In this document: piece after piece, positions 1-9,514 of the stretch
Layout of the letters: every line of letters begins with the position of its first letter
How positions within the stretch are numbered: the stretch's first letter is position 1
Assembly: GCA_037481815.1 (NCBI GenBank)
Contig: JBBFKX010000001.1
Span: forward strand, 512,001-576,000
Length of the DNA: 64,000 nt
Reading direction: 5' to 3'
Source of the DNA: a candidate division WOR-3 bacterium
GTDB taxonomy: Bacteria > Hydrothermota > 32-111
The notes under the pieces: generated by a model
Told to the model about the DNA's origin: nothing
Databases searched by the model: none
What the model saw: the letters and a program-made list of their open reading frames with translations, nothing else
Position numbers and translations under genes: made by a program

Positions 1-702
1 AGAATCTTTTTTATAGGTGATTCCAACACTGAAGGTGAAGATCTCCATTCTTTCCCATACATTCTTCAAAAAAGATTTGAAAAAGAAGGAAGAAATAATA
101 TCAAAGTTATAAATGCTGGAGTAACAGGTTACACTTCCTATCAGGGGCTTTTAAGGTTTAAACATTATATATTAAAATTTTCTCCAGATATCTTAGTCGT
201 TTCATTTGGATGGAATGATGCCTCCACATTTTTTTATGGGTATGACAGACATAGACAATTTCCACCTGGATTGTTATATCTTTATGATCATCTAAAAAAC
301 TATAATTTCGTTAAATTCATTATATCACAGAAAATAAAAATATCTTCAAAAAAGGGGCTCGATGATCTTCCGAGAGTATCACCTCAGGACTACGAAAACA
401 ATATTCTTGAATTTTTAAACTTATCTAAAAACAGGAAATTTGAAATTATTTTACTCACAAGACCTTACAACATAAATCAATACAAAAGTGAAAAAGATTT
501 TCGAAAAAATGTTACCATTTATAATGAGATTTTGAGGAAAATTTCAAAAGAATATCGAATAAAACTAATAGATCTTGAGAAATTTTTTAACGAGAAAGAG
601 GATAAGAGTAGATATTTTGTAGATGACTGTCACAACAACTATCTGGGATTTGAACTCATTTCTGAACTCTTATATGATTCTTTACAAAATTTTCTAAAAT
701 AA
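1..702 (+). CDS. SGNH/GDSL hydrolase family protein (5' truncated by window)
   Basis: Frame 1 is open from base 1 (RIFFIGDSNTEG, GDS block I), with NAGVTGYTS block II, GWND block III and DDCH block V; same frame as track ORF 271..702. Confidence 0.85.
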   Translation, partial: RIFFIGDSNTEGEDLHSFPYILQKRFEKEGRNNIKVINAGVTGYTSYQGLLRFKHYILKFSPDILVVSFGWNDASTFFYGYDRHRQFPPGLLYLYDHLKNYNFVKFIISQKIKISSKKGLDDLPRVSPQDYENNILEFLNLSKNRKFEIILLTRPYNINQYKSEKDFRKNVTIYNEILRKISKEYRIKLIDLEKFFNEKEDKSRYFVDDCHNNYLGFELISELLYDSLQNFLK

Positions 703-765
703 AATTCTTGATATTTAAGAAAATTTAAGGTAAAATTTTGATTATTATAATAAAAGGAGTTATTT

Positions 766-1980
766 ATGATAAATTATGAAGAACTTTTTTCAGATAACAT
801 TAAATCGATGAAAAGATCGGTCATAAGAGAACTGTTAAAATTGACACAAAAAGATGGGATTATATCTTTTGCCGGTGGACTCCCATCAACAGAATCGTTC
901 CCTGTTGAAGAACTGAAAACGATAACACAGGAAGTTTATGACAAATATGGAGCAAAGGCGTTGCAATACGGCTCAACAGAAGGACTTCCGATGCTTCTTT
1001 CGGAACTGATAAAACTTATGAAAGAGAGTGAAAATGTATCTGTAAAAGAGGAGAATATAAGTATAACGATTGCAAGTCAGCAGGGACTTGATCTTGTCGG
1101 TAAAATTTTTCTGAATCCACAGGATACATGTATAGTTGAATCTCCAACCTATGTTGGTGCTATAAGCGCTTTCAACAGTTATAGAAGCAGAATGGTTGAT
1201 GTTGAACTAGACGAAGAGGGTATCAAAACAGATCTTCTTGACCTGACGATCAACAGGTTAAAAAAAGAGAATATAAAACCAAAATTCATCTATGTTATTC
1301 CCGATTTTCACAATCCTGCAGGTGTAACAATGTCATTAAAACGAAGAAAAGAATTACTTGAAATCGCAACAAGAGAAAAGATTATGATAATAGAGGATTC
1401 TCCATACAGAATGATAAGATATCGAAACGAGAACATTCCTTCACTTCTTTCACTTGACAAAAATAACCTTGTTATCGCTTTGTTCACATTCAGTAAAATA
1501 TTTGTTCCGGGCTTTAGATTGGGATGGGCTGTTGCACCAAAAGAGATAATCGATAAATTCATAGTTGCAAAACAGGCAACAGATCTATGTACCCCCCCAT
1601 TCAACCAGTTCATAGCAGCATTATTTTTGAACAGAGGACTTTTGAAAAAAACAGTTGAAAGGACCATATCAATCTATAAGGAAAAGAATGAACTTATGCT
1701 TGAATCACTTGAAAAGTATATGCCAAAAGACAAAGGAATAAAATGGACAAAACCTGATGGTGGATTGTTTTTGTGGGTTTCATTACCTGAGGGCTATGAT
1801 TGTGATGAGATGTTCAAATTTGCAATAGAAAAAAATGTAGCATACGTTGTGGGAAGTGCTTTCTATGCACATGGAAACAAAAAGAATTCGTTCAGAGTTA
1901 ACTTCTCATACCCAACAAAAGAAGAGATAGTTGAAGGTGTCAAAAGACTTGCTGATGTTATATCAGATTATGTGAAATAA
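766..1980 (+). CDS. PLP-dependent aminotransferase class I/II (LysN-like)
   Basis: ISFAGGLP, IPDFHNPAG, EDSPY and TFSKIFVPGFRLGW (PLP lysine) motifs; SD AAGGAG. Confidence 0.9.
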   Translation: MINYEELFSDNIKSMKRSVIRELLKLTQKDGIISFAGGLPSTESFPVEELKTITQEVYDKYGAKALQYGSTEGLPMLLSELIKLMKESENVSVKEENISITIASQQGLDLVGKIFLNPQDTCIVESPTYVGAISAFNSYRSRMVDVELDEEGIKTDLLDLTINRLKKENIKPKFIYVIPDFHNPAGVTMSLKRRKELLEIATREKIMIIEDSPYRMIRYRNENIPSLLSLDKNNLVIALFTFSKIFVPGFRLGWAVAPKEIIDKFIVAKQATDLCTPPFNQFIAALFLNRGLLKKTVERTISIYKEKNELMLESLEKYMPKDKGIKWTKPDGGLFLWVSLPEGYDCDEMFKFAIEKNVAYVVGSAFYAHGNKKNSFRVNFSYPTKEEIVEGVKRLADVISDYVK

Positions 1981-1996
1981 TTATATTCCCAATAAT

Positions 1997-2025
1997 GATA
2001 TAGAGAGGTAAATCCTCTCTATATC
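1997..2025. terminator. Perfect 12-bp hairpin between convergent genes (probable bidirectional terminator)
   Basis: GATATAGAGAGG-TAAAT-CCTCTCTATATC; overlaps the era stop codon; no strong U-tract. Confidence 0.6.
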
Positions 2026-2891
2026 TGATCCCACATTTTTCTAATAATATTTTTCTTGTTTTTCCAATCAGGTGAAACTTTAACAACAAGTTCAAGAAAA
2101 ACAGATCTTCCCAAAAAATCTTCTATAAGTTTTCTTGATTCAATTCCAACATTTTTTATCATCCTTCCTTTTTCACCGATAAGAATTTTCTTCTGTGATT
2201 CCCTTTCTACAAGTAGGATAATTTTTATGTAATCCTTTCCATCTCCCCTTTCTTTAAATTCATCAACAATTACACCTGTTGAATACGGGATCTCCTGTCC
2301 ATAAGTTTCAAAGATAACCTGTCTTACAAATTCGGCAACAAAAAATCTTTCAGGTTTTTCACTTATTATATCTTCAGGATAAAATAAGGTGTCATGGGGA
2401 AGTTTAGATTTGATCTCCTCTATCAACCTATCGATGTTGTATCCTGTTAAAGCTGAAACAGGTATGACTTCAAGGGAATATTTTTCCCTTAGATTATCTA
2501 AAATTATGTTTGCCTCTTCCTGGGTAATCAGGTCAATTTTATTCAAAACAACGAGTTCAACAGCATCCTTCTTTTTTTTAAAATCGATTCTATCATCTAC
2601 CCAGTTTTTGATATCGTGAATATAGATTATTATATCGGATCCCTTGATCACTTTTTCTATATCTTTCATCATCTCTTCTTCTAAAAGATTTTTACTCTTT
2701 ATTATTCCTGGAGTATCATAAAAGATTATCTGTGAAGTTTCATCGTTATATATTCCAAGAACAGCAGATCTCGTTGTCTGCGCTTTTTTACTTACAGCGG
2801 AAATGTTAACTTTCAAAATCCTGTTCAAAAGTGTTGATTTACCTGTGTTGGGTTTACCTATTATAGAAACATATCCTGACTTTTTCATCAT
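2019..2891 (-). CDS. era: GTPase Era
   Basis: GKPNTGKST, QTTR, DTPG, NKID and KH domain (EIPYS, QKKILIG); start moved to the ATG overlapping the apgM stop. Confidence 0.95.
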   Translation of the reverse strand: MMKKSGYVSIIGKPNTGKSTLLNRILKVNISAVSKKAQTTRSAVLGIYNDETSQIIFYDTPGIIKSKNLLEEEMMKDIEKVIKGSDIIIYIHDIKNWVDDRIDFKKKKDAVELVVLNKIDLITQEEANIILDNLREKYSLEVIPVSALTGYNIDRLIEEIKSKLPHDTLFYPEDIISEKPERFFVAEFVRQVIFETYGQEIPYSTGVIVDEFKERGDGKDYIKIILLVERESQKKILIGEKGRMIKNVGIESRKLIEDFLGRSVFLELVVKVSPDWKNKKNIIRKMWDQI

Positions 2892-4093
2892 GCACCAAAC
2901 TTCTTCAATTTTGATGAAGCGGCAAGCATTAAAACTATAAGTTCTTTTGAATAGATTTTTCCAATCGATCCTTTCAAACACTCCTTTTCAGAAAAACCTG
3001 TTACATCAACGGGTCTTGGGTATTTATTGATGAAAAGCAAAGGAACATAATGGTATGAGTGTCCTTTCATGACCGATGGGGTTGAATGATCTGAAGTTAT
3101 AGCAACAACTTCAAAACCAAGAGATAGTATTTCTGGAAGAAGTTTATCAAACTCTTCTATAACTTTCACCTTATTTTCAAAATCACCATCCTCTCCGTAG
3201 GAATCGGTTTTTTTTACATGGAAAAAGAAGAAATCATACTTATCATAACTTTCCTTTAAAGTTTCAATTTGATCTTTTAAACTTTCCCCTGTTTTTAAAA
3301 TATCCATTTTCACGAGTGATGCCAACCCCTTGTACATTGGATATGTTGCTATACAAGCTGGTTTTAAACCATAGCGTTCCTGAAATGGCTCTATTGACGG
3401 CATTTTTGAGATACCCCTGAAAAGTATGCAGTTTGCCTTTTTTTCATCTTTTAAAATTTTCAAACCTTTTTCAAAGATCTCATTTATGATGTTAGCACAT
3501 TCTTCACTATCCCCTTTAATCGATTTCGCTTTTAAGGGTTTCTCCATAACAACCTGAGGATCCGTATCGTTAACATAAGCATCCTTTTCAATCCCTCTTA
3601 TCACAACAACGAACCTGTGCTCTTTTCCTGAATAGAATTCAACTTTATATTTCCCAAAATCTTTGAAATTCTCATTCAATTTTTTTACCAACCTTAGATT
3701 CTCTTCACTCGATATCCTTCCAGCTCTCCTGTCGATTATTTTACCTTCTGCATCTATTGTAGCGAAGTTGCACCTTGCAGTAACGGTTTTTTCATCTATC
3801 CTTATATCGAGTCCCAACGCTTCAAGAATACCTCTACCGATAGGATACTCTGTTGGCTCATATCCAAATACAGCAAGATGACCCGGGCCACTTCCTGGCG
3901 TTATACCTATATCAACTGGAACCATATAACCAAGATCGTTTTTCTTTGCAAGTTCATCCATATTTTTTTTGTTCGCTTTTTCAAGTTCAGTCATTTTTGA
4001 ATCATCAGGTATTCCTCCAACTCCATCGAGTATCACAAGAAGCATCTTTTTATCGTTCTGTTGAATCAAACTCTTTAAAAGTTCAATATTCAT
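2888..4093 (-). CDS. apgM: 2,3-BPG-independent phosphoglycerate mutase, ApgM type
   Basis: ILDGVG, TPGSGPGHLAVFGY, DRRAGRI, TSDHSTP motifs. Confidence 0.9.
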   Translation of the reverse strand: MNIELLKSLIQQNDKKMLLVILDGVGGIPDDSKMTELEKANKKNMDELAKKNDLGYMVPVDIGITPGSGPGHLAVFGYEPTEYPIGRGILEALGLDIRIDEKTVTARCNFATIDAEGKIIDRRAGRISSEENLRLVKKLNENFKDFGKYKVEFYSGKEHRFVVVIRGIEKDAYVNDTDPQVVMEKPLKAKSIKGDSEECANIINEIFEKGLKILKDEKKANCILFRGISKMPSIEPFQERYGLKPACIATYPMYKGLASLVKMDILKTGESLKDQIETLKESYDKYDFFFFHVKKTDSYGEDGDFENKVKVIEEFDKLLPEILSLGFEVVAITSDHSTPSVMKGHSYHYVPLLFINKYPRPVDVTGFSEKECLKGSIGKIYSKELIVLMLAASSKLKKFGA

Positions 4094-4902
4094 AGATTCC
4101 TCCATGCATTATAGAATTCCTCAAAATTCAAACTGTTCAAACCATATTTCTGGTATTCTCCATCTCCGTGAAAATCTGTACCACCTGTTATCAACAGAGA
4201 ATTTTTAAACGCCTTTTCGCGCAGAAAGTCGATGTTGAACTGATTATTCTTTGGTGAAAAAACTTCTATGCCATCTATATCAAAATCTATTATCTCGTCG
4301 ATGAACTCAACAACATTATTTTCATAAGGATGTGCGAGAATGGCTAAACCTTTATAATTATGTATCATATCAACAGTTTCTTTAACGGTGAACTCTTTTT
4401 TTGGTACATAACACGGTTTATCATCCCCTATATATTTTTCAAATGCTTCTTTTAGATTCGATACAAAACCTCTTTTCACCATAACCCTTGCAAGATGAGG
4501 TCTTCCGATTGATTCAGAATACTTCGCTTCGAAAAAGAGATCCTCTTTTTCTATATGAATGTTGAAATTTTTCAAAAGCTCAACCATTTTCAATATTCTT
4601 GAAAATCTATCATTTTTTCTCAACTCAAGTTCTTTTCCGATCTCAACCATGTTTTTCCCATAAAAGAGGATATGGACCTGTCTTTTTTTATGAACTGTTG
4701 AGAACTCGATTCCAGGGAAATATTCAAGTTCATATCTTTTAGAGTTCAACTTTGCATCATCATAAGATCTGTTTGAATCATGATCGGTTATCGAAAAATA
4801 TTTTATCCCTTTTATCTTTAAAAGTTTACATATATCTTCAACGGAAAGATTACCATCAGAATAATTTGAGTGGATATGTAAATCTGCAACGATATTATTC
4901 AT
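4090..4902 (-). CDS. PHP domain phosphoesterase (TrpH/YciV-like)
   Basis: DLHIHSNYSDG, ITDHD, GRPHLA, LAHP, GGTDFHG. Confidence 0.9.
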   Translation of the reverse strand: MNNIVADLHIHSNYSDGNLSVEDICKLLKIKGIKYFSITDHDSNRSYDDAKLNSKRYELEYFPGIEFSTVHKKRQVHILFYGKNMVEIGKELELRKNDRFSRILKMVELLKNFNIHIEKEDLFFEAKYSESIGRPHLARVMVKRGFVSNLKEAFEKYIGDDKPCYVPKKEFTVKETVDMIHNYKGLAILAHPYENNVVEFIDEIIDFDIDGIEVFSPKNNQFNIDFLREKAFKNSLLITGGTDFHGDGEYQKYGLNSLNFEEFYNAWRNL

Positions 4903-5717
4903 TTCAAGCCCATATCCGAAGATATCTGTTTGATTATATCCTCATCGATGAACTTTTTCTTCTCAATAAAAGCTTCAAGTAAAGCGTTATCACAAATAGT
5001 GTTGATCAACCTTGGTTTACCTTTTGAAAAGGTATGGATGAGTTTCAAAGCACCTTCAGAAAAGAGAGGTTCTTCTCTTCCTGCTATTTTGATCCTGTGG
5101 TTTATATATCCTATGGTTGATTCAAGATCAAGAGGATTCAATGTCAATTTCACACTTATCCTTTCGTAAAGTGGTGGATCGAGTTTCAAATTCTCTTCGG
5201 TTTCAGGCATACCAAACAGAAGGAATGTGATCAGATGTCCATCGTTATCAACTATATTTAAAAGTCCTCTCAGCTCTTCCATTATCTCTTTGCTCTTTAA
5301 CATATTCGCTTCATCTATCATAACAACAGGTCTTTTTCTTTTCTCTTTAAGATAGGAGAGTTGCTTGTAAACATGTCCTATTATATCTATCTTGTTATCG
5401 GTTTCAACTCTGGCACCAAGTTGGATAGCAATCTTTTTCAAAAGCCAACCTGCTGTTATCTCAGAATGTATTATCACAAGAAGTGAAACTTCAAAAACAT
5501 CACTCTTTGAGGAAAAATAGTCAAGAAGTTTTCTTGATATCATTGTTTTTCCTGTTCCGATATCTCCTATCAAAACAGCAAGACCCCTTCTCTGTTCAAC
5601 AACATGTAAAAGTTTGATTATCGCTTTTGAATGATAGGGAGAATTGTAGTAGAATCTCTCATCAGGAGAACTTGAAAACGGTGCTAAATTAAAACCAAAA
5701 TAATTGTTGTAATCCAT
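4899..5717 (-). CDS. ExeA/GspA-like AAA ATPase
   Basis: PFSSSPD N-terminus, Walker A GDIGTGKT, Walker B IDEAN, GKPRLINTICDNAL. Confidence 0.85.
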   Translation of the reverse strand: MDYNNYFGFNLAPFSSSPDERFYYNSPYHSKAIIKLLHVVEQRRGLAVLIGDIGTGKTMISRKLLDYFSSKSDVFEVSLLVIIHSEITAGWLLKKIAIQLGARVETDNKIDIIGHVYKQLSYLKEKRKRPVVMIDEANMLKSKEIMEELRGLLNIVDNDGHLITFLLFGMPETEENLKLDPPLYERISVKLTLNPLDLESTIGYINHRIKIAGREEPLFSEGALKLIHTFSKGKPRLINTICDNALLEAFIEKKKFIDEDIIKQISSDMGLK

Positions 5718-5718
5718 A

Positions 5719-7839
5719 TCACATATAACTTATCTTGTTATTTTTTCCTTTATCACTTTTTGAATCATCAAAAGAGTCGATGTTGAAATCATCAACATTA
5801 AAATCATCAAGATTGAAATCTTCTCCTATTTCCTGTTTTAAAATTGAGGAGAAATCAATGAACTCTTCCTTTTTCGTTTCTTCTTTTTTATCTGAAACTT
5901 CTATTTTAGGTTTTTCGACCTGCTTTGTTAAATTTTTCAAAGTGTTTATCCTTTTCTCTACATCTTCAAATTTTGAATCAACAGCATAAATTTCATTGTA
6001 GAGTTTTAGCGCTTCTTTGAACATATTTTTTCTTTCATAAAGTTTCCCAATAGTATATTTTATACCAAGATATTCAATTTCGGCTTTTCCTTTCATCGAA
6101 AGTGCTTTAATCAAACTTTCTTCTGCTAGTTCAAGTTCACCTTTTTCAAGGAAACATTGCCCAAGCATTTCAAGTGATTTCATTTCAAAATCTTTATTCT
6201 TTACGGATTTTTGAAATTCCTCGATAGCCATATCGTAAAGTCCCATCTCCTTAAAGGATAAACCGAGATCATAATGGCTCGACACATCCTCTTCTGAAAT
6301 ATTTTGATTGAGACCATCTTTCAGCTCATCAAGCAATTCCTGTAAAGACCAGAACGACTCATCTTTGGTTTCTTTTTGTCCTTCCTCAACTTTGAATTTT
6401 GGTCTACCACCTTCATTTTTCCCTTTCAAAATATCCGCTGCTGTTAAATGTTCACTCTCTTTAAAAATATCCAAACTTTCAGATTCTTTTAAAACATCCT
6501 CTTTAAAAGATGAAAGAAAGTCCTCAACTTTTTCTTCTTTCTGCTGTTTTGGAACTTCTGTGTGTTGAATTTTTTCAACTGGTTTTTTCGGCTCCTCAAA
6601 AACAGGTCTTTCAAAAACAGCAGGTCCCCGTTCAATTTCGCTTTTTATCTTTAATGCTTCTTTATTCGTTGGGTCAACTCTCAAAATCGTATCTATGTAA
6701 TATTTTGCTTTTTCTTTTGATTCATTTTTAACCTTGTTCGCATAATAAAGAAAAACCATTATAGCACCTTTAAAATCACCTGTCTTGTTCGAAAGTTCAA
6801 TAATTTTTTCAGAAGCTATTTTCTGTTCATTATCAAGTTCAAATATTCTTGTATAAATTTCAAGTGCTCTTTTTAAATTCCCGGCATTATAATATGCTTC
6901 AGCACCCTGATAATAATATTCTATAGCACTCTTTATATCGAGATCTTCCTGAAGTTTCCCAAGTTCAACATACGATTCTATACTTGTAGCATCCTCTTTG
7001 AATATTGATGAGATGTCTTCAACTTTTTCCTCTTCAAGATTCTTTTTCTCTTCCTTCCGTTCCGACTTTGTTTCGAAAACATCACCAGAGAATGTTTCAT
7101 CAAGTTGTTTTGCTAAATCTTCGGTGAGTTCAGTTAGGTCGACTTCAAGATTCTCTTCAACAATCTCTTTCTTTTTTTCTTCAAACTTTGGAGGTTCTTT
7201 TATCGGTTCTTTTATTTCCTCTTTTCTTATTCCAAGTTTCGATTCTATCTGGGAGATCCTTTTCCGTGTCATGGATGCCTGTGGTAAATCTCCCCTTTTT
7301 AAATAAAATGATTCTACATCTTTTAAATATTCGAGAGCAAACTCAAGGTTGTTTTCCTGAATATAAAGATCTATAAGTTTCTCTTTTATCTCGACCTTCT
7401 CTGGAACGAGTTCAAGTGTCTTTTTGAAACCTTCTATGGCCATCGTGATATTTTTTTGCTGAATCGCTTTTTCTGCAAAAAGAATATAAGAATTCAACGC
7501 TTCTCCAATTGATCCAGCTTTTTTCTGGAGATCAGCAACAGTTTCATACATTTCAAGTTGATCGGGGTCAAGTTTGATGATCTTTTTCGCCATCGCTATC
7601 GCAAGAGGAAACCATGTCTGTTGAACATAAATATTCATCGCCATCCTGTAGTTTTCAATAGCTTCAGATTTTTTCTTTAGATTGTTAATATAAAGATCAC
7701 CAATTTTGTTATATATTGCAGGATCCGGTTGCCCCTTTGTCGCGGCAATAATTTTCATATAGATTTTTATAGCATCCTCATATCTTCCACTCTTTTCAAG
7801 TTGTAACGCTTTTTCCTTCGCTTCACTTAAAGTTGCCAT
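5719..7839 (-). CDS. Large TPR protein, SgmX-like
   Basis: N-terminal and central TPR blocks separated by charged linkers; C-terminal SHYDLGLSFKEMGLYDMAIEEF TPR module. Confidence 0.7.
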   Translation of the reverse strand: MATLSEAKEKALQLEKSGRYEDAIKIYMKIIAATKGQPDPAIYNKIGDLYINNLKKKSEAIENYRMAMNIYVQQTWFPLAIAMAKKIIKLDPDQLEMYETVADLQKKAGSIGEALNSYILFAEKAIQQKNITMAIEGFKKTLELVPEKVEIKEKLIDLYIQENNLEFALEYLKDVESFYLKRGDLPQASMTRKRISQIESKLGIRKEEIKEPIKEPPKFEEKKKEIVEENLEVDLTELTEDLAKQLDETFSGDVFETKSERKEEKKNLEEEKVEDISSIFKEDATSIESYVELGKLQEDLDIKSAIEYYYQGAEAYYNAGNLKRALEIYTRIFELDNEQKIASEKIIELSNKTGDFKGAIMVFLYYANKVKNESKEKAKYYIDTILRVDPTNKEALKIKSEIERGPAVFERPVFEEPKKPVEKIQHTEVPKQQKEEKVEDFLSSFKEDVLKESESLDIFKESEHLTAADILKGKNEGGRPKFKVEEGQKETKDESFWSLQELLDELKDGLNQNISEEDVSSHYDLGLSFKEMGLYDMAIEEFQKSVKNKDFEMKSLEMLGQCFLEKGELELAEESLIKALSMKGKAEIEYLGIKYTIGKLYERKNMFKEALKLYNEIYAVDSKFEDVEKRINTLKNLTKQVEKPKIEVSDKKEETKKEEFIDFSSILKQEIGEDFNLDDFNVDDFNIDSFDDSKSDKGKNNKISYM

Positions 7840-7851
7840 AGATTTTACCTC

Positions 7852-8700
7852 TTACAACTCCCTTTTAAAGTTTCCAAACTGCTTTTTAAGACCAAGAGAT
7901 TCAGACACCTCTTCTATCATCATTGAATCAATTGGGACCCTCTGCAAAAAAGCTGCTTCAAGAAGAGCATTATCACAAATAGTATTTATCAACCTTGGTC
8001 GTCCATTTGAGTATGAATGAATAAGATCTATACTATCGGGTGTAAAAATAGATGAGATGTTCGCTCCAACAACAGATAACCGGTACTTTATATAACCATA
8101 AGTTTCTTCTCTTGAAAGTGATTTCAGATAGGTTCTCGCTGCAATCCTTTGCTGTAAAGATTCGTTCTGAAGTATATGTCTTTCAAGTTCAGGAACTCCT
8201 ATGAGTATAAAGGTTATGATCCTTCGATCGTTCAGTTCAAGGTTTAAAAAACCTCTGATCTGCTCAACTATTCTGCTATCTGAAAGTTTGTTCGCTTCAT
8301 CTATAAGAATCACAGTTTTTTTACCTTCTCTATCGAGATTTATAAGTTGTCTCGTGAGAATGTTCATCGGATCCTTCATAAGGTTCGTTGTATCCTTTAA
8401 TCCTATTATCTGTGCTATCCTTGTAAAAAGCCATTCTTCAGAAAAATTTTCATGTGTAAGAACTATAAGACCTGTTTGAAATTTTGGATTTCTTGTAAGA
8501 TATGTTAGAAGTTTTCTTGCAACCGTAGTTTTGCCTGTTCCCACATCTCCAACAAGAAGAGCAAAACCTCTCATCTTGTCAGCAGCATGCATCAACCTTA
8601 AAAGAGCCATCCTGTGTTGATTCGTTTCAAAAAAGAACCTTGTATCCGGGATATTTGCAAAAGGTTCAAAGGACATTTGAAAGAATGACTCATAATTCAT
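7852..8700 (-). CDS. ExeA/GspA-like AAA ATPase (second paralog)
   Basis: PFANIPD, GDVGTGKT, IDEAN, GRPRLINTICDNAL. Confidence 0.85.
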   Translation of the reverse strand: MNYESFFQMSFEPFANIPDTRFFFETNQHRMALLRLMHAADKMRGFALLVGDVGTGKTTVARKLLTYLTRNPKFQTGLIVLTHENFSEEWLFTRIAQIIGLKDTTNLMKDPMNILTRQLINLDREGKKTVILIDEANKLSDSRIVEQIRGFLNLELNDRRIITFILIGVPELERHILQNESLQQRIAARTYLKSLSREETYGYIKYRLSVVGANISSIFTPDSIDLIHSYSNGRPRLINTICDNALLEAAFLQRVPIDSMMIEEVSESLGLKKQFGNFKREL

Positions 8701-8710
8701 AAATCCTCAC

Positions 8711-9514
8711 TTATAAAAAGTGAATATGATTTTCATTTTGATCTTCTCTTTGAAGATCAAAAGTGTCTTCAGTATTTTTAATATTATACTCTTTTCTTTG
8801 ATTTGTCAATTTACTTATTTTCTCCTGAACATCGAGAAAGTCCGGATCATATTTCAAAATTTTTTCATAAACCTGTAATGCTTTCATGCCATCTTGCGAC
8901 TCATAAATTGAAGCGAGTTTATACATGAGTTGAAGAAAATCACTATCGAGCTGGTTTATATGATAAGTCAAAATCTCTATAGATCTTTCCTCTTTCCGCT
9001 CCTTTAAAAGGATATCAGAGTATCTTAATATCACTCTGATTTTTGCTTCACCCGATGAATAATCTATCGCTTTTCTAAAAAATGTATCATTTATTTCACT
9101 ATCAATCAGACCTCTCGATCTGACAGCAAGTTCATAGTAAGAAGAACCCATAACATCTTTTTTTTGACTCAACAGATTCAGATCTTTTTTTATCTCTTCA
9201 ATATTTTTATTTGAAAAATTTTCGGGCAACCGATACTTTAAAGATAAAGAAAAAAAGTCATTTTCTCTCTCTTTTAGGTATCTTAAAAAATTTAAACTTT
9301 CTTCATAAAGCTTTAAATGTAAAAAATGGTTGAACAGATGAAATATAACCTGAAATCTGTCATCAAAAATATCGAAAAGATTATAAAGAACTATTATCGA
9401 TCCATAATAATCTCTGTATTTTACTTTAGAGAAAAGGTCTATAAAAAATTCACTTCTTTGTGTTAACGATTCAATATTTTTGCCTTCATAAACCAAATCT
9501 TTAAATTTTTCCAA
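8711..9514 (-). CDS. TPR-containing protein
   Basis: Helical protein with C-terminal YKLASIYE...YEKILKYDPDFLDVQEKI TPR; overlaps the end of hutI. Confidence 0.6.
   Translation of the reverse strand: MEKFKDLVYEGKNIESLTQRSEFFIDLFSKVKYRDYYGSIIVLYNLFDIFDDRFQVIFHLFNHFLHLKLYEESLNFLRYLKERENDFFSLSLKYRLPENFSNKNIEEIKKDLNLLSQKKDVMGSSYYELAVRSRGLIDSEINDTFFRKAIDYSSGEAKIRVILRYSDILLKERKEERSIEILTYHINQLDSDFLQLMYKLASIYESQDGMKALQVYEKILKYDPDFLDVQEKISKLTNQRKEYNIKNTEDTFDLQREDQNENHIHFL

Noticed and set aside
2892..2981. N-terminal extension of Era in the ORF track
   Set aside because: It overlaps apgM; homology starts at MMKKSG with an ATGA overlap
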